From the IMG/VR virus record IMGVR_UViG_3300048599_000711, positions 1-43,481 of that record: a DNA stretch of 43,481 bases; one strand, 5' to 3'. Of this stretch, positions 25,848 through 33,166 are shown one piece after another; position 1 is the first letter of the stretch, and each line of letters opens with the position of its first letter. The notes beneath the pieces are model-generated. The model ran no database searches. It was not told the origin of the DNA and worked only from the letters and a program-made list of their open reading frames with translations. This DNA is from a virus. Taxonomy: Duplodnaviria; Caudoviricetes. The translations under genes and the position numbers were made by a program.

Positions 25848-27632
25848 ATGAAGACCGAACTTGTTTTATCGACGAACCAGATCCAAACAGTCGTCCGCCA
25901 CGAAACGTTAGGAGGGCGGGACTATCTTGTTGCTCCGGTGGTGGCGATCCGCGCGGGGGTGCTGAATAACGAACTGGCCCCGGTGGAAGAAATCGCGCGG
26001 TTCGTCGAGTCCTGGAACGGCATCCCGGTTCCCCTGGGGCACCCGGCGCGGAATGGGCTGCCGATTTCCGCCAACTCTCCAGAGTTGGAAGCGAGCAGTG
26101 TGGTTGGCCGATTCTGGCGCGCGGAAATGGTGGATGACCGGCTGCGTGGGGAGATCTGGATCGACGTTGAGAAGGCCAGGACGATGGGGGGAGATGCAGT
26201 GGTTGCGATGGAGCGGATTGAAACCGGAGTGGGGATCGAGGTTTCAACCGCTTACCATCGTGAATTGGAGCCAACGCCTGGCGTGATCAACGGCCAGCGT
26301 TATCAGGGTATTCAACGGAACATGCGCCCTGATCACCTGGCGCTGCTGCTGCACCAGATTGGAGCGTGTTCCTGGAAGGACGGCTGTGGCGTGCCTAGAA
26401 CGAACGCAGAAACCAGCAATTTAACTAATCACCAGACTGGTGTGATGGTGGCCTTGTTCCCCTCTCCGGAAGCGGCCGCATCAATGGCGATTAATGCCGA
26501 TGGGCTGCCCTCCGGCGCGATTATCACACCGGCGAACGAGATCCATCTCACCCTGGCTTACCTGGGTGACCTGGACAAAGGGGAAGTAACCATCGAACAG
26601 GGAGAACTGCTGCAGCGGGTGATGGATTGGGCAGCGAATACGCCGATCGTGCGCGGGATGGTATCCGGGTATGGACGGTTTACCACCCCAAACAGCGAAG
26701 GCCTGCATCCCATCTTTACACTGTACGACTGTGAATACCTGGCAGGCTGGCGCTATTGGCTGATGGATTGGCTGCCGATGAAAGCCAACCACGGATTTAC
26801 GCCCCATATCACCCTGGCCTATATTCCAGCCGCGGCGCCGATGCCGAACCTGGCTATAGAGCCGCGAGAACTGGTCTTCGACCGCATCGGCATCGGCTGG
26901 GGCGGTCAAATCACCACCTTCCCATTGCAGGGAGAAGCCGCGGAAGTGGGAGCTGCCAACGCCAAATCGTCTACCAACCCCATCGCTGGAGCTCGCCAGA
27001 TGTTTCGCAAGCTGGCCCAGGTTTTGGGATTCCCAGCCCATACGGAAGAAACTTCAGGGTCTACCCCTGTCAACAACCAACATATCCAAACCGAGGAGGG
27101 TTCAATGGATAAAAAGGATTTAATCGAAAGCCTGGCTGCCAACAAACGGCACCCATTCACCAAAGAAGATTTGGACGCCATGCCGGAAGCGGCCTTGACC
27201 CGGCTGAGCCAGGCGGTGAATGCCGGTGGGTGCGGCAGCGCCGCCGCACCGGCTGCCAGAACCGATCAATCTGCGCCCGCGCAAAACGCCAAGGCGGGAG
27301 ACGTGCAGGTCCCGGCCGAGCTTCAGGCGCTGGCTGCATTCGTTCAGGATCTGGGCGGGCTGGATGGCGTGAAGAGCGCGTTATCGACCATCCAGGCGAA
27401 TGCCGATTCGCAAAAAAGCAGCCTGGTCGATGAGCTCAAATCCAATGAACGCTGCGCTTTCACTGAGGACGAACTGAAGGCCATGCCTGTTGCTCAGCTC
27501 TCCAAACTGGCCGCCAGCCTGCGCGGCGTGAGTTATGCCGGCCGCGGTGGTCCGCGGGGCAACAGCCGCCAGGACGATGACGGGGTCCCTGCTCCTCAGC
27601 CGGTGATCCTGGCCAAGGTCGAAACGAAATAA
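25848..27632 (+). CDS. Prohead protease (DUF2213-like) fused to a 2H phosphoesterase and scaffold region
   Basis: WNGIPVPLGHP, IEVSTAY, PDHLALL...GACSWKDGCG; internal HLTL and HITL motifs; helical C-terminus. Confidence 0.8.
   Translation: MKTELVLSTNQIQTVVRHETLGGRDYLVAPVVAIRAGVLNNELAPVEEIARFVESWNGIPVPLGHPARNGLPISANSPELEASSVVGRFWRAEMVDDRLRGEIWIDVEKARTMGGDAVVAMERIETGVGIEVSTAYHRELEPTPGVINGQRYQGIQRNMRPDHLALLLHQIGACSWKDGCGVPRTNAETSNLTNHQTGVMVALFPSPEAAASMAINADGLPSGAIITPANEIHLTLAYLGDLDKGEVTIEQGELLQRVMDWAANTPIVRGMVSGYGRFTTPNSEGLHPIFTLYDCEYLAGWRYWLMDWLPMKANHGFTPHITLAYIPAAAPMPNLAIEPRELVFDRIGIGWGGQITTFPLQGEAAEVGAANAKSSTNPIAGARQMFRKLAQVLGFPAHTEETSGSTPVNNQHIQTEEGSMDKKDLIESLAANKRHPFTKEDLDAMPEAALTRLSQAVNAGGCGSAAAPAARTDQSAPAQNAKAGDVQVPAELQALAAFVQDLGGLDGVKSALSTIQANADSQKSSLVDELKSNERCAFTEDELKAMPVAQLSKLAASLRGVSYAGRGGPRGNSRQDDDGVPAPQPVILAKVETK
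27105..27632 (+). CDS. Nested in-frame scaffold protein (internal start)
   Basis: GAGGAGG RBS before the in-frame ATG (MDKKDLIESL); duplicated FTxxxLxAMP helical repeat. Confidence 0.6.
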   Translation: MDKKDLIESLAANKRHPFTKEDLDAMPEAALTRLSQAVNAGGCGSAAAPAARTDQSAPAQNAKAGDVQVPAELQALAAFVQDLGGLDGVKSALSTIQANADSQKSSLVDELKSNERCAFTEDELKAMPVAQLSKLAASLRGVSYAGRGGPRGNSRQDDDGVPAPQPVILAKVETK

Positions 27633-27638
27633 CCAGTT

Positions 27639-27658
27639 CCGATAATCACCGTTATCGG
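27639..27658. repeat. Dif-like palindrome copy 8
   Basis: CCGATAA TCACCG TTATCGG. Confidence 0.9.
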
Positions 27659-27694
27659 CATTGTTTTCCATCTATTTATCAGGAGAAATAGGAA

Positions 27695-28156
27695 ATGGCC
27701 TCTCCCAAAACTGTCATTTTGAAAGGCGATCCGATCCGGAAGGAAGGCATTGCGCATGCTGCAATTACCCCCGGACATTTGCTGAACTTCTACACAGATG
27801 GCACGCTCCAGGCCCATGCCACGGCCGGTGGTAATGCGGCGCCGCGTTTTGCCGTGGAAGAAGATTTTGTTGGCGACGATATCACGACCGCCTACGCGGC
27901 CGGCGACCAGGTGCAGTATATCGTTGCCCGGCCAGGTGATGAGGTATACGCCATCCTGACCACCAGCCAGACCATCAAAAAAGGCGATGCGCTGGAGTCC
28001 GCCGGGGATGGCGCCCTGCGCAAACACACTGCCCAGGCGGTCGCAGAGTCCGGGTCAGCCTCCTACACCATCTATACCGATGCTGTGGTGGGCTATGCCG
28101 CCGAGGATCTGACGACCACATCCGCCGCGGCGCGCATTCGCGTCGAAGTGGCCTAA
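27695..28156 (+). CDS. Capsid decoration/cement protein
   Basis: Ala-rich 153 aa, AITPGHLL...GDALESAGDGAL; between scaffold and capsid. Confidence 0.7.
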   Translation: MASPKTVILKGDPIRKEGIAHAAITPGHLLNFYTDGTLQAHATAGGNAAPRFAVEEDFVGDDITTAYAAGDQVQYIVARPGDEVYAILTTSQTIKKGDALESAGDGALRKHTAQAVAESGSASYTIYTDAVVGYAAEDLTTTSAAARIRVEVA

Positions 28157-28200
28157 TACTACATCCACTCGTCACTTATTTCGTTTTCGGAGGAACAAGA

Positions 28201-29181
28201 ATGGCTCCAAATGATAACGCTTCACTGACCTCGCTTAACTCGTTCGCCGGATCTGCCCCGGCGCGCCTGTTAAACGCTGGTTTTGCGATCAATGCCCTGC
28301 GCACCAACGCCCTGCTGCGCCACGAGGAATGGCTGGAGATCGACCGGGCCGTGGTCGATGTGGCGCGCCAGACGCTGGTCGGCATCGCCGATCTGCGCCA
28401 ATACGGGTTGATCCAGACCCTGGGCGGCCTGGGCACCATGCTGTCGGGGTATGAACAGCAAAGCGATATGACCGACGCCAACATGGACATGAGCGGCGTC
28501 ACTCCAGGCGAAGAGGACAAGCTGGACTTCAACCCGGTGAATGTTCCTGTGCCGATTATCCACAAAGATTTTCGGTTGAACATTCGCCAATTGGACGCCT
28601 CTCGCCGCATGGGAGACGGGCTGGATACCACTCAATCTCAGGTTGCCACCCGTAAGGTTACCGAAAAGCTGGAAGACCTGTTGTTCAACGGGACTTCGAT
28701 CAAGCTCAATGCGAACCCGATCTACGGCTATACGACTCACCCCAGCCGCAATACAGTGAATGCCGCCGGGGATTTTGGCGATATCAGCAAGATCTTCCCC
28801 ACCGTGAACAGCATGGTGGCTGAAGCAGAAGCGGACGGTTACTATGGCCCGTATGGTCTGTATGTCGCCAATACCCAATACTCCGAAATGCGCGCCATTT
28901 ACACCGATGGGTCTGGCCAGAGCGCCCTCACGCGCTGCCGCGAGAACATCCCCAATCTTCAGTACATCAAGCCATCGGGCCGCCTGGCCGCGGGCAACCT
29001 GGTGCTGGTGACTCTGATGCGGGATGTGGTGGACCTGGCAGTGGGACAAGATATTGTGCCGGTCGAGTGGGATGAAAAAGGCGGGCTGGAGCAGCATTTC
29101 AAGGTGCTGTGCGCCATGGTTCCGCGCATCAAAGCCGACGCTGAAGGGCACTCTGGCATCGTCCACGCCACCGGCGCGTAA
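28201..29181 (+). CDS. Major capsid protein (HK97 fold, linocin/encapsulin-like)
   Basis: LLRHEEWLEIDRAVV, VPIIHKDF, EDLLFNG, YGPYGLYV; position; GGAGG RBS. Confidence 0.85.
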   Translation: MAPNDNASLTSLNSFAGSAPARLLNAGFAINALRTNALLRHEEWLEIDRAVVDVARQTLVGIADLRQYGLIQTLGGLGTMLSGYEQQSDMTDANMDMSGVTPGEEDKLDFNPVNVPVPIIHKDFRLNIRQLDASRRMGDGLDTTQSQVATRKVTEKLEDLLFNGTSIKLNANPIYGYTTHPSRNTVNAAGDFGDISKIFPTVNSMVAEAEADGYYGPYGLYVANTQYSEMRAIYTDGSGQSALTRCRENIPNLQYIKPSGRLAAGNLVLVTLMRDVVDLAVGQDIVPVEWDEKGGLEQHFKVLCAMVPRIKADAEGHSGIVHATGA

Positions 29182-29208
29182 GATTATTTTCCATCACAAC
29201 TTTACCCA

Positions 29209-29235
29209 GGGGCATTCCGGCGTTCCGGATGCCCC
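29209..29235 (+). terminator. Stable hairpin after the capsid gene (terminator or mRNA stabiliser)
   Basis: GGGGCA(T)TCCGG-CGTT-CCGGATGCCCC; no U-tract. Confidence 0.5.
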
Positions 29236-29254
29236 GGTAGATTAAGAGGACGAT

Positions 29255-29752
29255 ATGAAATCATACAGACTGACGGCTGACCGGCATGTGCGCTTCGATG
29301 AAAAAGGCCAGGTCATTATCCTGCGCAAAGGCGACATCTTCAAAGCGACCGAAGCTGAACTGAAGGCCTTTCGGGATCGGCTGGAGCCAGTGGAAGTGGA
29401 GGAATCGCTTCCAGGAGACGATCTCAGCACTTCTGGCGAAGAAAAGCAAGACGAAACGCCTGATCAAAACGCCACAATCGATTCTGGCAATGAACCTGAC
29501 GCCGGCGAAGGGAGCGAGCAGGCGCCTGACGGCAAAAACGATCCTGAAACGTCTCTTGACCACCTGATGAAACCGGAAATCTTGAAAGCGCTGGAAGCCG
29601 CTGGCATCCACTCTATGGATGTGCTGGCGAAGGAACTGGCAAACGATCCGGATCTGACACGAGTCAAGGGGATTACGAAGACCAAAGCCAAACAGATCCG
29701 TGAAGCCGTGCTGGCCATGCAGGCCAAAGAAACATCCACCGAGGAAGCGTAA
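29255..29752 (+). CDS. Head-associated protein with acidic linker and C-terminal helix-hairpin-helix
   Basis: DLTRVKGITKTKAKQI HhH motif. Confidence 0.6.
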   Translation: MKSYRLTADRHVRFDEKGQVIILRKGDIFKATEAELKAFRDRLEPVEVEESLPGDDLSTSGEEKQDETPDQNATIDSGNEPDAGEGSEQAPDGKNDPETSLDHLMKPEILKALEAAGIHSMDVLAKELANDPDLTRVKGITKTKAKQIREAVLAMQAKETSTEEA

Positions 29753-29755
29753 ATT

Positions 29756-30127
29756 ATGGCCGAACTGACCCCTGGGACGCGCGTCGTCGGTGAACAGGTA
29801 AGAGATATTATCAGCACCAGCCTGACGGATGGCCAGGTGAATGCGATGATTAACACCGCTCACCTGGTCGTCGAACAGCACCTGGGAACAAAGAACCTGG
29901 CGCCTGACCTGCTGGAGCAAATCGAATTATGGCTGTCAGCGCACTTTGTTTGCATGCGCGACCCGCGAAAAAAACAGGCGAAGATCGACGAGCTGTCGGT
30001 CACGTTTCAGGGTGAAGTCGGTCTCGGTTTGCATGGATCCATGTATGGACAGCAGGCAATCGCCCTGGACCCCACCGGCAGCCTGGCCAGCACCACGTTG
30101 AAACGCGCTGTGATCAAGGTGGAGTAG
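29756..30127 (+). CDS. Head-tail adaptor
   Basis: IELWLSAHF...SMYGQQAIALDPTG; position. Confidence 0.72.
   Translation: MAELTPGTRVVGEQVRDIISTSLTDGQVNAMINTAHLVVEQHLGTKNLAPDLLEQIELWLSAHFVCMRDPRKKQAKIDELSVTFQGEVGLGLHGSMYGQQAIALDPTGSLASTTLKRAVIKVE
29795..29814. repeat. Dif-like palindrome copy 9 (degenerate, intragenic)
   Basis: GAA-CAGGTAA GAGATA TTATCAG; two mismatches in the left arm. Confidence 0.45.
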
Positions 30128-30129
30128 CC

Positions 30130-30510
30130 ATGTTCAATGATGAAGAACTGGCCGGGTATCGCCGAATGCAGGAAGAAGCAATGCTGGAAACCGCTGAGGT
30201 GTACCGAAACACGCTCAGCAATAAACCATCTGGCGGATTTAGCCAGACTGAGCAGCTTGTGATGGCCACACGATGCCGGGTCAGCGTCACCGGCCGCTCG
30301 CCGGAGGAAAAGATTATTGCCGAACGAGCTGGCGTCACAATGGCGTACACGCTCACCTTTCCAGCAGGTACGGAGATCCGAGAAGCGGACCGAGTTGTGA
30401 TCACAGCCAGCGGGACCGGCATGCCTGTGCCCAGGAAATTTGATGTCATCGCTCCAGTCCGCAGGTCCTATGAAACCGCCCGGCGAGTCGTTTGTGAGGA
30501 AAAGCTCTAA
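30130..30510 (+). CDS. Head closure/stopper protein
   Basis: SGGF...FPAGTEIREADRV pattern; position. Confidence 0.7.
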   Translation: MFNDEELAGYRRMQEEAMLETAEVYRNTLSNKPSGGFSQTEQLVMATRCRVSVTGRSPEEKIIAERAGVTMAYTLTFPAGTEIREADRVVITASGTGMPVPRKFDVIAPVRRSYETARRVVCEEKL

Positions 30511-30722
30511 TGTCAGCAAATTCTATGAATTTAACCCTTAAAGAGCGACAACTGATGCAGCAGGCCAGTCTTAAGGTACATGTCCATTTCAAACCAGATT
30601 GGCGCGTCCATTTGGGAATAAAGGTTATTGAAATAGGCGCCTGGTTAGCGGGAATTGGGCGAACCAAGATTGTCCAGGAGGATCTTACAAATGATCGGTC
30701 GAGTCGTTCTGGTCACCAATAA
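30510..30722 (+). CDS. Hypothetical protein
   Basis: 70-aa ORF coupled TAATG to the previous gene. Confidence 0.5.
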   Translation: MSANSMNLTLKERQLMQQASLKVHVHFKPDWRVHLGIKVIEIGAWLAGIGRTKIVQEDLTNDRSSRSGHQ

Positions 30723-31206
30723 CTTTCCCATCATGGTTGAGCGCATGCCCAAAGCCGTCCGGAAGATTGTCTGGCGCACTGCTAATAAGGTGCGAACCCG
30801 GATGATCAACAGCATGAGCGGGCCGAAACATGGCCGAACCTACAGGCGCAACGCAATTACCCGCAAGTATTCTTCCAAAGGAAAGCGCGGGAAGCAATAT
30901 GCTGATGCCGGTTTCAAAACCAGCCAGACCGCTGACCAGATTATCGTCACTGTCGGTTACCGATATCACCGCGCATCGGCGCCAGGCGAAGCGCCCGCGG
31001 TGGACCTGGGCAACCTCAAAGGATCAATCAGCGCGGAAATGACCGGTGAAACAACGGCCGTAGTGGGGGTCTCAGCGGAATATGGCATTCCGTTGGAATA
31101 CGGCACCCGGAAGATCGCCAAACGCCCGTTTGCACGGCCGGCGGTCGAACAAGAAGAGGGTGATTTCATCGCCGCAATGAAGAACCTGGAGAACGATCTG
31201 AAATGA
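30691..31206 (+). CDS. HK97 gp10-family neck/tail completion protein
   Basis: APAVDLGNLKGSI...YGIPLEYGTRKIAKRPFARPA; AGGAGG RBS. Confidence 0.85.
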   Translation: MIGRVVLVTNNFPIMVERMPKAVRKIVWRTANKVRTRMINSMSGPKHGRTYRRNAITRKYSSKGKRGKQYADAGFKTSQTADQIIVTVGYRYHRASAPGEAPAVDLGNLKGSISAEMTGETTAVVGVSAEYGIPLEYGTRKIAKRPFARPAVEQEEGDFIAAMKNLENDLK

Positions 31207-31628
31207 CCGCCAGCAGCCTGACCCCAGCGGAATGGGTGATTGAAACATTGAAAGCGACCAGCGCAATTGCCGCGGCAGTAGACAGCCGGATCTACCGCAA
31301 CCAGATCCCCAACCAGGCGCATCCGGTCTTCCCTTACATCGTGGTCACCAAGGTGCCTGGGGAGCCAGTGACCAATGCCAGCGCCGACATCATCATGATG
31401 AACGACCTGGTGGATGTAGATATCTGGGACCAGCAGGCAGACGATGAAAGCGTAGGGCTGCTCCTGGACCAGGTCATCACTGCACTGCACAAAGCCGCCG
31501 GCAATGCCATTCGCGGCGGGGTAGTGATCTGCTGCACCTTCGAAGGCGAAGTCCCCCAGGAGCCAGAGATTGAAGGGCTGACGATCTATCAACATAAGCT
31601 CGGTGAATTCCGAGTGTATTCGCAATAA
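31203..31628 (+). CDS. Tail terminator (DUF3168-like)
   Basis: RIY...FPYIVV...VDVDIW...LDQVITALH. Confidence 0.75.
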   Translation: MTASSLTPAEWVIETLKATSAIAAAVDSRIYRNQIPNQAHPVFPYIVVTKVPGEPVTNASADIIMMNDLVDVDIWDQQADDESVGLLLDQVITALHKAAGNAIRGGVVICCTFEGEVPQEPEIEGLTIYQHKLGEFRVYSQ

Positions 31629-31638
31629 GGAGCAAGGC

Positions 31639-32610
31639 ATGTCCGAAAAAGCAACCATTTTCCAAACTGTGCAACTTGCCATCGAGACCACCCCTGGGAC
31701 GGCGGTTGCGGCCAACAAGAAGCTGCTGGCCACCTCAATCGAGGTCCAACCGCAAACCGCAGCGGATAACTTCCGCGCCGCGGGGAACAAATATGCCAGC
31801 TTTGTGACCATGAACAAGGAATGGACAAACCTGGCGCTGAGCGGAAAGTTGACCTACAACGAAATTTTATACCTCCTGGCGTCTCTGCTCAGCCTGCCGA
31901 CCCCTACCCATCTGGGGACCGGCGCCGCTTACAAATGGACCTTTGTCAGCGACACCGATGGACCCGATGCCGGGAAGACGCTGACCATCGAGCAGGGAGA
32001 CGCGAACACCGCCTGGCGCATCGCCGGCGCGCAGGTCAGTGGACTGACATTCACCTTTAACCGCAATGAAGTGAGTATTTCCGGGGCAGGAATAGGGCAG
32101 GCGATTGCCACGGGCATCACGATGACCGCGTCCCCGACCGCGCTGAATCCTCTCCCTGTTTTACCCGGGCATGTGAAATTTTACATGTCCGACTCTCAAA
32201 CTGGCCTGGATGCCGCCACGGCATTGTCACGCGGTTTCAGCCTGACCTGGGGTCTCAGCGACAAAATTGGTTTGGTCTGGCCCGTAGGCCAGAACCCCAT
32301 TACGGTTGAAACAGAACCCAAGACCGAAAGCAAGCTGCGCCTTGCGACTGATACGGTCGGCATGGGGGTGATCTCTACCATGCGCAGCGGCGCCACGAAA
32401 TGGTTCCGCATTCAGGCCATTGGGGCATTGATCGAAGATACCTACTCCAACACCTTCCAGTTGGACTTTCCTGCCCAGGTTAGTGAGTTAGGCGGCTTTG
32501 ATTCGGAGGATGGTATCCACGTCGGTGAATTTGGTCTGACTCCCATCCATGACGCGACCTGGGGCAAGATGTTCCAGATCGACGTTACCAACGCTGTGCA
32601 GGCTCTGTAA
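31639..32610 (+). CDS. Major tail tube protein
   Basis: VQLAIETTPGT...LTIEQGD; position; AAGGAG RBS. Confidence 0.75.
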   Translation: MSEKATIFQTVQLAIETTPGTAVAANKKLLATSIEVQPQTAADNFRAAGNKYASFVTMNKEWTNLALSGKLTYNEILYLLASLLSLPTPTHLGTGAAYKWTFVSDTDGPDAGKTLTIEQGDANTAWRIAGAQVSGLTFTFNRNEVSISGAGIGQAIATGITMTASPTALNPLPVLPGHVKFYMSDSQTGLDAATALSRGFSLTWGLSDKIGLVWPVGQNPITVETEPKTESKLRLATDTVGMGVISTMRSGATKWFRIQAIGALIEDTYSNTFQLDFPAQVSELGGFDSEDGIHVGEFGLTPIHDATWGKMFQIDVTNAVQAL

Positions 32611-32615
32611 CAGTT

Positions 32616-32635
32616 CCGATAACAGGAATTATCAG
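32616..32635. repeat. Dif-like palindrome copy 10
   Basis: CCGATAA CAGGAA TTATCAG; spacer doubles as the RBS of the next gene. Confidence 0.85.
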
Positions 32636-32637
32636 CC

Positions 32638-32955
32638 ATGAAACTTTCTGACTTACGCAAAAAAACCAAGAAAATCTCCATTGAAATCCAGGGAGATACC
32701 CTGAATGTTGAATACCGTCTGAACGTTGTCACCCCTTTATTTCTGCGGGAACTCGGGTCCATCGAAGACAGCGACGAAAACATTACCCGGCAGCTTCAGG
32801 AAGTGGTCGCCAGTTGGGATCTCCTGGACGATGAGGGCAAGGAGATCAAACCAACCGTTGAGTTAGTCCAATCCATTCCGCGGCCGTTCTGGATGAAGCT
32901 TTTTGACATCATTCTGGAAGATATGAAGGCGTCTGTCGAACAAAAAAAAGCTTAA
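32638..32955 (+). CDS. Tail assembly chaperone (G-like)
   Basis: VVASWDLLDDEG motif; between tail tube and tape measure; ends at an A8 slippery run. Confidence 0.8.
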   Translation: MKLSDLRKKTKKISIEIQGDTLNVEYRLNVVTPLFLRELGSIEDSDENITRQLQEVVASWDLLDDEGKEIKPTVELVQSIPRPFWMKLFDIILEDMKASVEQKKA

Positions 32956-33164
32956 AGGCGCACCTGGTCGCGCCGGATCTGTACGAAAAGCCGGAAGCAG
33001 AGACCATTTATATTTATAACCTTTTCCAACTTAGTAAATGGTGCCCATCGGTCAAGCCCTGGGAGTGGGTAGAGCAACCGGCTTTTTGGATGGACTGGGG
33101 AGAAGCCTGCATGAAAGCCGACCTGGCTATAGAACAAGCCGATATGAAGAGGCCGAAGAGGTAA
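32943..33164 (+). CDS. -1 frameshift extension of the tail chaperone (GT-like)
   Basis: A AAA AAA at 32943-32949; -1 frame open to TAA at 33164 (SLKAHLVAPD...KPWEW...KRPKR). Confidence 0.75.
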   Translation, partial: KKSLKAHLVAPDLYEKPEAETIYIYNLFQLSKWCPSVKPWEWVEQPAFWMDWGEACMKADLAIEQADMKRPKR

Positions 33165-33166
33165 TA

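Noticed and set aside
28201-29181. Encapsulin/bacteriocin nanocompartment
   Set aside because: Context (portal, protease, decoration, adaptor genes) shows it is the phage capsid protein.
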